IMG/VR virus record: IMGVR_UViG_3300032212_000003
Location: 1-64,000 of that record
Length of the DNA: 64,000 nt
Direction: 5' to 3' (one strand)
Origin: a virus
Lineage: Duplodnaviria > Caudoviricetes
Shown: positions 10,037 to 19,900 of the stretch, one piece after another
How the letters are laid out: each line of letters begins with the position of its first letter
Numbering within the stretch: the stretch's first letter is position 1
Notes under the pieces: generated by a model
What the model was told of the DNA's origin: nothing
Databases searched by the model: none
The model's input: only the letters and a program-made list of their open reading frames with translations
Program-made: the position numbers and the translations under genes

Positions 10037-10572
10037 GTGCAGTATCGGGAAAATCTGGAGTAGCTAAGTCCAATTCAGACACCCTTAAAGAGGCCAAAAA
10101 ACTAAAGGCCCAATTTCTTAAGATACCAGATATAGCAGTGAAGCAGGTCATAGCTGCGGTGTACCCTGTCGTAGTTAAAGAGACGGTACAGGATTCTGGA
10201 AAGGCAGCATACAATTGGTGGATAGGTACTGGAAAGGCCAGACGTAGATTTTATATAGAAGATCATAATATAGGACCTATAGGATTGCCCGGGGAAAAGA
10301 GATCAAACTCAGGCGCAATATCAAAACCAATAACAGCCAGTGCTACAATATCTCCTCAAGTAATAGTTGCGCTGAAAGTCGCTTATATGCAAAAATTTAT
10401 AAGAGACAATAATTTAACTATGGGTGCTACCATTTACAACCAGACTCCAGAAAGTGACAAAGCCACATTCAAAGGAACCTATGCCGGCAATGCCAATATA
10501 CGAGTAGCTATGGCAATGGCAGAAATGGAAGCAGAAGCAGCTGTAGATAAGGCCGGAAGGGAGTTTGTTTAG
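10012..10572 (+). CDS. putative neck/tail-completion protein (true start may be ATG 10024)
   Basis: Basic protein with the VQDSGKAAYNW motif typical of HK97 gp10-like proteins. Confidence 0.5.
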   Translation: MGADMPGISAVSGKSGVAKSNSDTLKEAKKLKAQFLKIPDIAVKQVIAAVYPVVVKETVQDSGKAAYNWWIGTGKARRRFYIEDHNIGPIGLPGEKRSNSGAISKPITASATISPQVIVALKVAYMQKFIRDNNLTMGATIYNQTPESDKATFKGTYAGNANIRVAMAMAEMEAEAAVDKAGREFV

Positions 10573-10574
10573 TC

Positions 10575-10994
10575 ATGGCGGATAGAGGCGAAATAAGTAA
10601 TGACATTGAAGGTTTCATAATATCAAATTGGGCGGATACTCCCATACAATTTGGAAATATAGATGGAAAAAACCCATCGGATCCTAGCAAACTATTATCA
10701 GACGGATTAGATCCTTACCTATTTGCCGTTGTACAGTTTGCTGACTCAGATGCTTTTGAGGTAGGGGGAGTACTTAGAAGAACTCAAGGTAAACTGTATT
10801 TTGAAATAAGAGTCAAAGACGGAACAGGGACAAGACTTGCGCAAACTTTAGTTTCTAAATTACAGACTATGCTTGAATATAAAAGCGTTGGAGATGCAAA
10901 AATAAGAGGGTCAGTTTCTAATGATGGCTTTCCTAGCGGAGGTTGGTATATACTACCTCTATCCTTTAAATTCAGATACGATAGACAGGAGTAA
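10575..10994 (+). CDS. tail terminator protein
   Basis: 139 aa directly upstream of the tail tube; ends with a beta-strand (FKFRYD). Confidence 0.6.
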   Translation: MADRGEISNDIEGFIISNWADTPIQFGNIDGKNPSDPSKLLSDGLDPYLFAVVQFADSDAFEVGGVLRRTQGKLYFEIRVKDGTGTRLAQTLVSKLQTMLEYKSVGDAKIRGSVSNDGFPSGGWYILPLSFKFRYDRQE

Positions 10995-10997
10995 GCT

Positions 10998-12188
10998 ATG
11001 CCTATAGCAGACAGTTCAAGAAGTTCACTTGCGTACGTTCTACAACCTGCTGGTGGCTTAGTTGGTACCGAGGTGTTTAGACTTTTACGTACCTCAGGTA
11101 ATACCCTAAACGGATCTATAACTTCATCCCCAACGGAAGAAATCAGAGACGATCGACAAATTTCAGGTTCTTCTCACATCTCTGCATCAAGTGGAGGGGA
11201 TGTGAATTTTCAGTTAAGTTATGGAGAATATGACGACTGGATGGAAGCCCTTTTGGAATCTTCCGGATGGACAAATTTCACAGCCACTGCCACCGATTTT
11301 GTATTGGCTACCAGCACTATAACTATGAGCACCACTGTAGGCCTTGTTCCGGAACAGGCATTTCGTGTAGATTCCGCTGTGCAAGCAGCTAATAATGGCG
11401 TATTTACTATAGCCAGTGTAGTGGACGGCACCCATGTAACTGTCCATGAAACATTAGCTGATGAGGCTACAGCCACTGCCAACGTAGTATCCTCCATGAT
11501 ATCTAATGAAACCACTGCAAGAGAGTTCGCAGTAGAGTCTGCACTTCAAGATGTTGGAGAGTTCTTTTTAAGCGAAGGATTAAGAATAGGATCTATGAAA
11601 TTTGCACTTGGAAATTCTCAGATTGGCGGAAGCTTCAGTGTTATGGGAACCAATTACACCGGTTCCAGCGCTTCAGTCAGTGTTGGCGGAACAGCGGCAT
11701 ACAATCCATCTCTGGTAAACGATGTACTAAATGGTGCGTCCGGAATTGACAGTATTTCCATGCAGGCGCTTAATTCTAACGGAGTTCACGCCACTGCAGA
11801 AGCGGCTATTTTCGAGTCCATGGACATAACCATAGACAATGCACTCAGAGAACAGCCAGGTTTGGGATCTCTGTACCCGGTAGGAATAGGCAGAGGTAGA
11901 TTCTCAGCGGACATTTCATCTAATGTATATTTCGAAAGCAGAGAATTGTACAACCGATTTATTGCCAACGATGTGGTAACTATAAGATTTGCCCTTACCG
12001 ACGATGAAACAGACATTGCCCAAGGCAATGCCTATATTTTCAGTTTCCCGGGGTGTCGTATACAATCCTATACTTCAAATCCGGAATCTGCCGATTCTGA
12101 TGTAATGGCAAAGATAGCTTTTAAGGCTGTAATAGATCCGTACTTGACGCAAAAAACTTGCATCATTACACGGATACCAGCACCTTAA
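10998..12188 (+). CDS. major tail (tube) protein
   Basis: LRTSGNTLNG...EEIRDDRQ and SGGDVNFQLSYG motifs of long siphovirus tube proteins, with an inserted beta domain. Confidence 0.8.
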   Translation: MPIADSSRSSLAYVLQPAGGLVGTEVFRLLRTSGNTLNGSITSSPTEEIRDDRQISGSSHISASSGGDVNFQLSYGEYDDWMEALLESSGWTNFTATATDFVLATSTITMSTTVGLVPEQAFRVDSAVQAANNGVFTIASVVDGTHVTVHETLADEATATANVVSSMISNETTAREFAVESALQDVGEFFLSEGLRIGSMKFALGNSQIGGSFSVMGTNYTGSSASVSVGGTAAYNPSLVNDVLNGASGIDSISMQALNSNGVHATAEAAIFESMDITIDNALREQPGLGSLYPVGIGRGRFSADISSNVYFESRELYNRFIANDVVTIRFALTDDETDIAQGNAYIFSFPGCRIQSYTSNPESADSDVMAKIAFKAVIDPYLTQKTCIITRIPAP

Positions 12189-12198
12189 AATAACGAGT

Positions 12199-12266
12199 AA
12201 GAGAGCTGGATCGGGGGCACCTTAAATCCTCTCCAGTGCGGGAAATTCCAGCTCTCTTTTATTTTT
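12199..12266 (+). terminator. large-loop terminator-like structure after tail tube gene
   Basis: 12-bp stem AAGAGAGCTGGA/TCCAGCTCTCTT enclosing 36 nt, followed by TTATTTTT. Confidence 0.55.
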
Positions 12267-12341
12267 AGCACTGTACTACGACTGGGGTAGAAAGAGTTAC
12301 AAGTTCTTTTTACTTCGTGTTATCCAACATGGAGAAAACCA

Positions 12342-12806
12342 ATGTCCGAAAATAAAAGCTTTGATCTTATGTCAATGGCACCAGATAAAGAAATGTCCCA
12401 AGAAGGTGTGTGGGTAGACTTTTTCGATAACGCTCGACTTAAAATAGCCCAAAGAAACAATCCAAAGCATCAACGACACCTTACTCAACAGTATAAAATA
12501 CATCGTAGAAAAATTGACTTGGAAGATGAAAATGCCGACAAGTTGGCAGACAAGATAAGCCTTGAAGGATTGGCAAAGTATGTATTACTGGATTGGGAAA
12601 ATATGACTTGGAATGGCCAGGAAAATATACCCTATACGCCTGAGTTAGGGTTTAGTGCCATGACAAATGTTCCGGTCCTTAGAAAAGAAGTAGAAGATCA
12701 GTCAGATCGGCTACAGAATTTCCAGGCACATAATAATGAAGAGGACCTCATTAATGTAAAGCCTTCATCGCCTGGGACCTCCAGTGGGGATCCCCAGAAC
12801 GATTAG
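12342..12806 (+). CDS. tail assembly chaperone (gpG-like)
   Basis: GVWVDF, LKIAQRNN and LLDWEN motifs; lies between tube and tape measure genes. Confidence 0.8.
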   Translation: MSENKSFDLMSMAPDKEMSQEGVWVDFFDNARLKIAQRNNPKHQRHLTQQYKIHRRKIDLEDENADKLADKISLEGLAKYVLLDWENMTWNGQENIPYTPELGFSAMTNVPVLRKEVEDQSDRLQNFQAHNNEEDLINVKPSSPGTSSGDPQND

Positions 12807-13108
12807 ACACACTTAAGAATGTAGCTAAGAAAACTAACAGGCTTCCCAAAGCGTTAGAGGGGAAGCCTGATCTTAGTAGATGGAATGCCATATACATAGA
12901 AGCATTTTATGATTTGTCTCCATCAAGGTCACATTCTGACACCCCACACCCTCTAAAATTTGCAGACATAATAACCTATGGAAGACTTATTGGTATTATA
13001 AATGGATACGATCTGCTATTCTTTTACAAAATGTTAAGAATATGCGATGAAGCATACCTTAATCACCATAAGCCGGTAACTGTAACTAAGGTTAATGAGG
13101 ACATCTAG
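12755..13108 (+). CDS. -1 frameshift extension of tail assembly chaperone (gpGT)
   Basis: The -1 frame is open from 12755 to 13108 and has no RBS of its own. It encodes WNAIYIEAFYDLSPSR, a gpT-like motif. Confidence 0.7.
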   Translation, partial: CKAFIAWDLQWGSPERLDTLKNVAKKTNRLPKALEGKPDLSRWNAIYIEAFYDLSPSRSHSDTPHPLKFADIITYGRLIGIINGYDLLFFYKMLRICDEAYLNHHKPVTVTKVNEDI

Positions 13109-16100
13109 ATGGCATTCGATATCAATGTAGCTACCGACAAGGCGCTAAATAAGATAAAGATATTGAATGCCAGTCTGGATGGAATCTCTGCCAGAATAAC
13201 CAAGATAAACTCTAAAGGAGTTTCACTTGGTAGAGTAGGAACTCAGGCTGCAAACCTTAAGGCTCAGGCAGGAGTAGGTGCCTTAGGCCTTCAGAATCTA
13301 ACCACTGCAGTATCCCAGCTAAAATCTCAAACTGATACTGTCAATGCCGGCATAACCCATTTAAATGGTAGATTTGATTCTTTAGGAAAAAGATCAAAAA
13401 GCGCCAGTGCCAGCCTTAAAAATTTCAGACAGGGCATGAACAGGACCTCTCAAGAAGCCGCAGCCTTGAGGGCCGGCATGTACGCCACAGGCACCCATTT
13501 TGGTGCATTTACAGCGCAAACCTTACTGGCCGCCACTGCAGCCTACATATTAGTAAAATCGATAGTAGAGCTAATTAAGACCGGAGCAAGTTTTGAGAAA
13601 AGCATGGCCCGGGCAAATGCGGTCATGGATAATTTCTCAAAGACTAGTAATGAGGTTACGTCAGCTGGTCGGGCCATAGAAAAAGAAGTCAGAAGATTAG
13701 GAAAGGAGACAGTATTTACGGTGTCAGAAGTTGCCGAAGGGCTGGTATTTTTAGGTATGGCTGGACTCAGTTCTGCCGAGGCATCTAAAGCACTGGAGCC
13801 AGTACTTAACCTGGCATCCATAGGAATGTTGGATATGGCAAGAGCCGCGGATATTGCTACCAATATAATGCTAGGGTTTGGTAAAGAAGCCAGCGACCTT
13901 GAACAGATAGTCGATGTTATGTCGGTAGCTATAACTAACTCAAATGCCAATATGGAACAGATGGGAAATGCGTTGTCTTATGTGGCTCCAATTGCCCGGG
14001 CAACCAACAATACCTTAGAAGAGACCACAGCCATATTGGAAGTTTTTCACAATGTTGGTATAAAATCCAGCAGAGCTGGTACTTCTCTTAGAAGGGCGTT
14101 AGTGAATTTATCAAAACCAACTGACAGAGTTCAGGCAATACTTACAAAATTAAATGTCTCTCTTCACGACCAGGAAAACCGGATGAGGCCCCTACTGCAT
14201 ATAATGAGACAGTTCAGGGATGCGAATGCGGACACCTCCGATATACTGACTATATTTGGAGCTCGTGCAGGTCCGGCTATGATTGAACTTTACAGAATGA
14301 TAAGTGCTGAAGTGGACGGCTCTACTACATCATTGCAGAAATTCATTAAACAAAATGAAAATGCCAAGGGATCGGCATTGCTTAAGCGTGGACAAATAGA
14401 AGAAAATTTGGCGGATGATGCTAAGAAATTGATTTCGGCATTTAGTGAGCTGTCGGTTGTAATATTCCAAGAGCTGAGTCCCAGCCTTAGGGAGGCTACT
14501 CAATCCTTCACCGCATTTATAAACTCATTAAATGGCAAGGAAATAGCCAGATTTTTAGTGGCACTAAAAGATGGAATTGCAGGTACTTTTGGAGCAGTGG
14601 CCAGCTTGGCAGGAGCTGTATCAGACCTTGCCAGTGAGTCTATAAAATCAGTCACAGCGATGTCAGCAGGAAAAGAACAATTTGACTTTATGCAGGTTGC
14701 TGTAGCAGCCTTAATAGGTCCTCTAGGACTTCCTAAGCTGGTTACAGAACTTGTTTCTCAGGAAGATGTTCAGAGTAAAGTGAATAAAGAATTGAAAGTA
14801 TATACTACATTCTTAACCACTGAAGCAGAAGCAACCGCCAGGATATCTAAATTAAAAAGAGACCTTAATGCCATCTCTTTGGAAGAACTAAGTATACGAA
14901 AACGCATAAGCCAGGAGCAAAAGAAAACAGCTGAGTTGGCTTTGGCCCAATCCACAAGAACAGAAATAGCAGCAACCAACCACTTAAATAAGCTATTGGA
15001 AAAGAGAAAACAATTAGTTGAAAGTGCAGCCAGTGGATCTATACCAGGAGGACTGGCTGATAAAGAACTAGCACAAAACAAATTGAGAATTCAACTTGCA
15101 GTTAAATTAGTAGCCGCGGCCAAGGACAATAACCGGGTAACCAAAGAAGGGTTTGGGTTACTTAGAGATACTGACAATGTGACAAAGTCAGTGCTGAAGA
15201 CCAGAAAAGAAAATATAGCTGCCATCCAAAGAGAAAAGAGGGAACTGGTAAACGCTGCATTAGTAAAAACTGAAGTCAATCCCGAGGATGCTATAGCAGG
15301 CCATAAGAGAACAACTCAGGAATTAGTAAATCAAACAAATCAGCAAGAAGCTTTAGGTCAGATATCTGCAGCCAATGCTGTAATAGTAAGGCAATCCATA
15401 AGAGATGCTGAATCAGCAAATATTACAGAAGACCTTGAAAATAGGCTAAGAATAGCTAAACAATTACTGTCGGTATCAAGATCCAATCTAATTTCTCACA
15501 GGGACAGCTCTGAGGGATTAGGGGACACTTCGGCAAGAATAAAGTCATTCGAAGATCAGAAAAAAGCAGCTGAAGGCCTTCAAAAAACTTTGGATGTAAA
15601 TGCTGCCAGGTTAGGTAAATTAAACTCTAAGGAATTAGAAGCACTGCAAAAGAGAGGATTTCAAGTTACTACTTCCATGGATAATATATGGAATGCAGAA
15701 AATGAAAGCTATAAGCGTAGACTGGAGGCATTACGTGCATACCATACTGCAGCAGGTACTATGAATACCCAGTTTGAAAGCGACAGAGTAGAGCTTACAT
15801 TTAGAACAGGAGCCGCTCAGGTAGCCCAAGCTGCAGGATACATAGGACAGTTGGTAGGAATGGCAGCTCAGGCGTCTCAGAGAAGATATAACATATCCAG
15901 ACAGGAAGCCGAGGATAGTTACGATTTGTGGCAAACTGCCAATGATCGCCAGGAAGAGTTTAGGATAGCAGCCAATAATGCCCAAACTGCTGGGGATGCT
16001 AATTATTACAGAAACATCCAGAACCAATATAAAGCGTATGCTGCCACCTACAAAAAACAATTTGAGGAAAGGGATGCTATTGCTCGTAAAAATTTCGAGA

Positions 16101-16543
16101 GTAATAAGAGCATGCAGATAGCTCAGACCAGAATAAACACCATAGCCGGTGCTGCCATGGTACTTTCTCAGTTAGGTTATTGGGGTATACCGATAGCTGC
16201 AGGGATGGTAAAACTTGGACAGGATATGGTATCCGATATAAAATCTCAGCAATACCAGAGCCCGGGAGCTGACTCTTCATCTGGTGCGTTTGGAGGACTA
16301 CCCTCTGCAGCGGATAATACCAGCGGAATTGGAAACAATATAACAGGAAGCCCCAGAAGTGACGGACAAACTAATTCTGTAAATGTTTACATTCAGGGAG
16401 CCATAACTGAAGAGATGATAAACGATACTGTATTACCAATACTTCAGGACGGTATAAACGAGAGAGACTTTGTCCTTATAAGTGGAACAGGAGAAGATTC
16501 TGCGCAATTATCAGAAGTCCAAGGATTAACTAATGCCAGCTAA
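13109..16543 (+). CDS. tail tape measure protein
   Basis: 1144 aa, TP901-type core (FEKSMARANA...SYVAPIA...AGTSLRRAL), Ala-rich helical. Confidence 0.92.
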   Translation: MAFDINVATDKALNKIKILNASLDGISARITKINSKGVSLGRVGTQAANLKAQAGVGALGLQNLTTAVSQLKSQTDTVNAGITHLNGRFDSLGKRSKSASASLKNFRQGMNRTSQEAAALRAGMYATGTHFGAFTAQTLLAATAAYILVKSIVELIKTGASFEKSMARANAVMDNFSKTSNEVTSAGRAIEKEVRRLGKETVFTVSEVAEGLVFLGMAGLSSAEASKALEPVLNLASIGMLDMARAADIATNIMLGFGKEASDLEQIVDVMSVAITNSNANMEQMGNALSYVAPIARATNNTLEETTAILEVFHNVGIKSSRAGTSLRRALVNLSKPTDRVQAILTKLNVSLHDQENRMRPLLHIMRQFRDANADTSDILTIFGARAGPAMIELYRMISAEVDGSTTSLQKFIKQNENAKGSALLKRGQIEENLADDAKKLISAFSELSVVIFQELSPSLREATQSFTAFINSLNGKEIARFLVALKDGIAGTFGAVASLAGAVSDLASESIKSVTAMSAGKEQFDFMQVAVAALIGPLGLPKLVTELVSQEDVQSKVNKELKVYTTFLTTEAEATARISKLKRDLNAISLEELSIRKRISQEQKKTAELALAQSTRTEIAATNHLNKLLEKRKQLVESAASGSIPGGLADKELAQNKLRIQLAVKLVAAAKDNNRVTKEGFGLLRDTDNVTKSVLKTRKENIAAIQREKRELVNAALVKTEVNPEDAIAGHKRTTQELVNQTNQQEALGQISAANAVIVRQSIRDAESANITEDLENRLRIAKQLLSVSRSNLISHRDSSEGLGDTSARIKSFEDQKKAAEGLQKTLDVNAARLGKLNSKELEALQKRGFQVTTSMDNIWNAENESYKRRLEALRAYHTAAGTMNTQFESDRVELTFRTGAAQVAQAAGYIGQLVGMAAQASQRRYNISRQEAEDSYDLWQTANDRQEEFRIAANNAQTAGDANYYRNIQNQYKAYAATYKKQFEERDAIARKNFESNKSMQIAQTRINTIAGAAMVLSQLGYWGIPIAAGMVKLGQDMVSDIKSQQYQSPGADSSSGAFGGLPSAADNTSGIGNNITGSPRSDGQTNSVNVYIQGAITEEMINDTVLPILQDGINERDFVLISGTGEDSAQLSEVQGLTNAS

Positions 16544-16928
16544 TATACGATATATAGTTCAAGATTCTAACAGAATGAGAGTTGGCCAAGTTCCTGGAAC
16601 TGAGTTGATTCTTTCTGCCATATTGAGAACTTCAGACTTGTCGTTTATGACGGATGGAAAGACAAAATTTTCCTATGACGGAACACCTGAAACTATAACA
16701 TTGGCAGAGGACGACAACCAAAAAATAACCATAAGCTACCTAACTGAAACTGCAATACTTCAGGTAAGAGAGTGGTACAAGTCAGTAAGTGACGGATCTC
16801 AATTTGAAATAGATTTGGATGGAAGTGGAAATTATCAATTTTGTGTATTAAAAACTAAACAATATGCAGAGCAAAGAATAGGAGATACTCTTGAGTACTC
16901 CGTGGCATTTGAAGTTAGGTGGACATAA
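16533..16928 (+). CDS. putative distal tail protein
   Basis: 131 aa right after the tape measure gene. Confidence 0.5.
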   Translation: MPANIRYIVQDSNRMRVGQVPGTELILSAILRTSDLSFMTDGKTKFSYDGTPETITLAEDDNQKITISYLTETAILQVREWYKSVSDGSQFEIDLDGSGNYQFCVLKTKQYAEQRIGDTLEYSVAFEVRWT

Positions 16929-19900
16929 GTGAAGACTGTAAATACTAATCACCTGGTAAACTTAAAAGCCATATCAAAAAGTCCCAGATCCACCATAGTT
17001 ATATCCTTTGATGACGACGATACTGATCTGGTTTACATATCAAGCCATTCTGATGGGTCGGCTCCAGATGGAGAGCTGCACTTAGCTGGGTATCTAGAAA
17101 AGGATAAAATAAGCAATCAAACTCAAAGTGTAGATGTAGGAAAATCAACCAGCACTTTAGGAAAGTTCAAGTTCTCGGTTATCGATAAAGGGGGAGCATT
17201 CTCAACCTTAATTGGAGCCAAAGAAAATGCCGGTTTTGGACTTAGAAAAAAGAGGGTAGTTCTTTATACAGGATTTAAGGGAGACTTGTGGCAAGACTAT
17301 GAGATAGATTCTACCTACATAATAGACAGCTCCGATCAAGACGAGTTGTCGTTTATGTACGATTGTACAGATGTAAACCGTCTGACCAGAACCAAAATAT
17401 TTACGCCTAAAATTCAATATTTAAGATCGAGTATTTCAGCGTCTGAAAAAACGTTTTCAATACCGGTTACCGGATTTGACTCAGCTACCAATACCATATC
17501 AGTAACTAAAACTGGAAAGTTGTCTGGCCTTGATTTTGAAATAGGAAGAATAATAGATATAGCTGGAACTGCTTCAAACAATGGAGCATTCACAGTAGAT
17601 TCCACCACTGAAGACACTGTGGTAGTAATAGAAGCCTTAGTTGATGAAACTGTAGCAGCCACAGCCTCTCACACCTTAAGAATACAACTAACAGGCAGTG
17701 ACCTTGCCAGCTATCAGGCAATAGAGCATGACAGTCAGTATGAGGTATGGCCAGGAGATACCATAGGACTGGTTAAAATAGGAGAAGAAATATTTCTGCA
17801 CGATGGACCTGTACAAGATGTCACTTATGGGTATTGCATACCTGTAAGACTGGACGGAAGAGGAGTCCTTGATACCAAAATAGAGCCCCATGAATTTGAT
17901 ACCGGTGCTGAGGTAGATACTCAACCAGAAGTAAAAGAAGTATTTTATATTGAAGGTGCTGGACCTAAAATAGCACTGTCATTGTTGACCGGTACTCTTT
18001 ACGGGCAGACAGGGACACTTCCAGATAACATGCACTGTGCAGTACCTGCTAAATTTATTAGAACGGCAGACTTTGTAAATATTGGATTAGATCTTTGGAA
18101 CCCAACCACCGGTACAGGCCGTAATCTTCAATTTATTATAGAAGAGGAAGTATCAGCAAAAGATTTTATAGAAAAGCAAATAATGCTGTGGCTGGGATGT
18201 TTTACAGTAATACATGCTGATGGATCTCTAGGCATTAAAAAAATACCATCGATGAAGAACCTGACAGGATATGTGGCAACCATCGACAATTCTCTGCATT
18301 TTAAAAGAAGCAGCCTTAAACGAAAGTTAAATAAGGTACTGAATCAAATAATAGTTAAGTGGGGAAAAATAGTACTCAAGGATAAATACACTAAAACCAC
18401 ACCATTGGTCGATGCTACCAGTATAGGTACGCATAAAGTAAATACGCCAAAAGTATACCACTTTGACGGAGTTAGGTTAGGAGCCAGCACTGACGAGAAT
18501 ATACGGGACTATTTGAGAACGTGGAGAGATTTATACGCCGCTCCTCCTTATGAATTAACTATCAATGTGATGTACAAATTACGTCAAGTTGAAGTAGGGG
18601 ATGCTTTAAGAGTAAATCTTCCAGAGTACAAAGATGTAATAAAGGACCAACCATTTGACAGGGTTATGATGGTAACTTCTGCCAACTATAATCCTATGTC
18701 GGGAGATATGAGGCTTACTTTAATTGGTCCCAGTACATCTCCTTCACCACTGCTTCCAGTTAGCGCATCTGTAAAATTAGATCCGGCCTACTACACCCCA
18801 CCGTCTCCGGCCACAGAACTTGGCCAGGCAGTTATAGCTGGTGGGGGTGCCATGACCGGTAATGTTATTACTTCTAGTCCTACGTTGATAGGAAGTCCTG
18901 ACATGAATTCTTTGGACTCCGTATTTTACTATGCTGGAGATATTCAACTTGCAGACGGCGTTGATATATTTATTTACGACAATGTAAATTTCAGAATTAA
19001 TGGATACTCTAATTTTACTGGAAATATAATATCAATAGGTTCTTCAAACACGGGAGGATCTGGAGAAGATGCAGCTTATCAGGTAATAGATATAACTGGA
19101 GATGTAGTTACATTTTCTGAAAATGCTGACAACCTGGCTATAGGGGACGATATACAAACATACCCTCACAGCTCAGGAAGGTGGCTTTCTGTAGCATCAA
19201 AGCCCACAGCCGACTCAATAACCGTTGGATATCCTGATGGGGGAACTATAAACTCCAGCGCTACAGTTGTAGGACTAACTAATTTATCTCACCTATTTTA
19301 TGGTGACGTGGACTCAAAAAATAACGTATTAGCGGTTCAAGGTTTTGGAATAAATAGAGGAGAGGGTGGATTAAGGGCCAAGTATTACAGCAGTGGAACT
19401 CAGTACTCTAACACGGACCAAGGAGTGACAGATTACGCACCTGACAGCGTGGGAGAATTTTCAAGGCACATAAATATTGTAAATAATGGAGACTCATTAG
19501 GGGGACTTCCTACCAAATTTACAGGAACCGGTGGTACCGGCGGAAAGATAGCTGCAACCTCTGCACCTTCCAGACCTTTCGAAGCTATATCAAGTGCTGG
19601 AACCTACATGGCAATGGCAAACGGCGGTGCCGGAGGAGACGGCGGTGCTGGATTCTTATTGGTATGCAAAGGTGCAGGCTTCGGAATAAATGGAGGAATA
19701 GATTTAACCGGGGAATCTGGAACACTGGGAGATTTATACCCTCTTCCAGTGGGCCTTCTTCCCGGGGACCTAACAGGTTCTTCAGGAACTGGAGGAAATC
19801 CAGGCTTTGCCTTAATTTTGTATGATGGCGATTATACTGTACCAAATATAGAAGGGAAAATAACTTCACAAATGGGAGCTACTCCAACTCAAGGAGTTCC

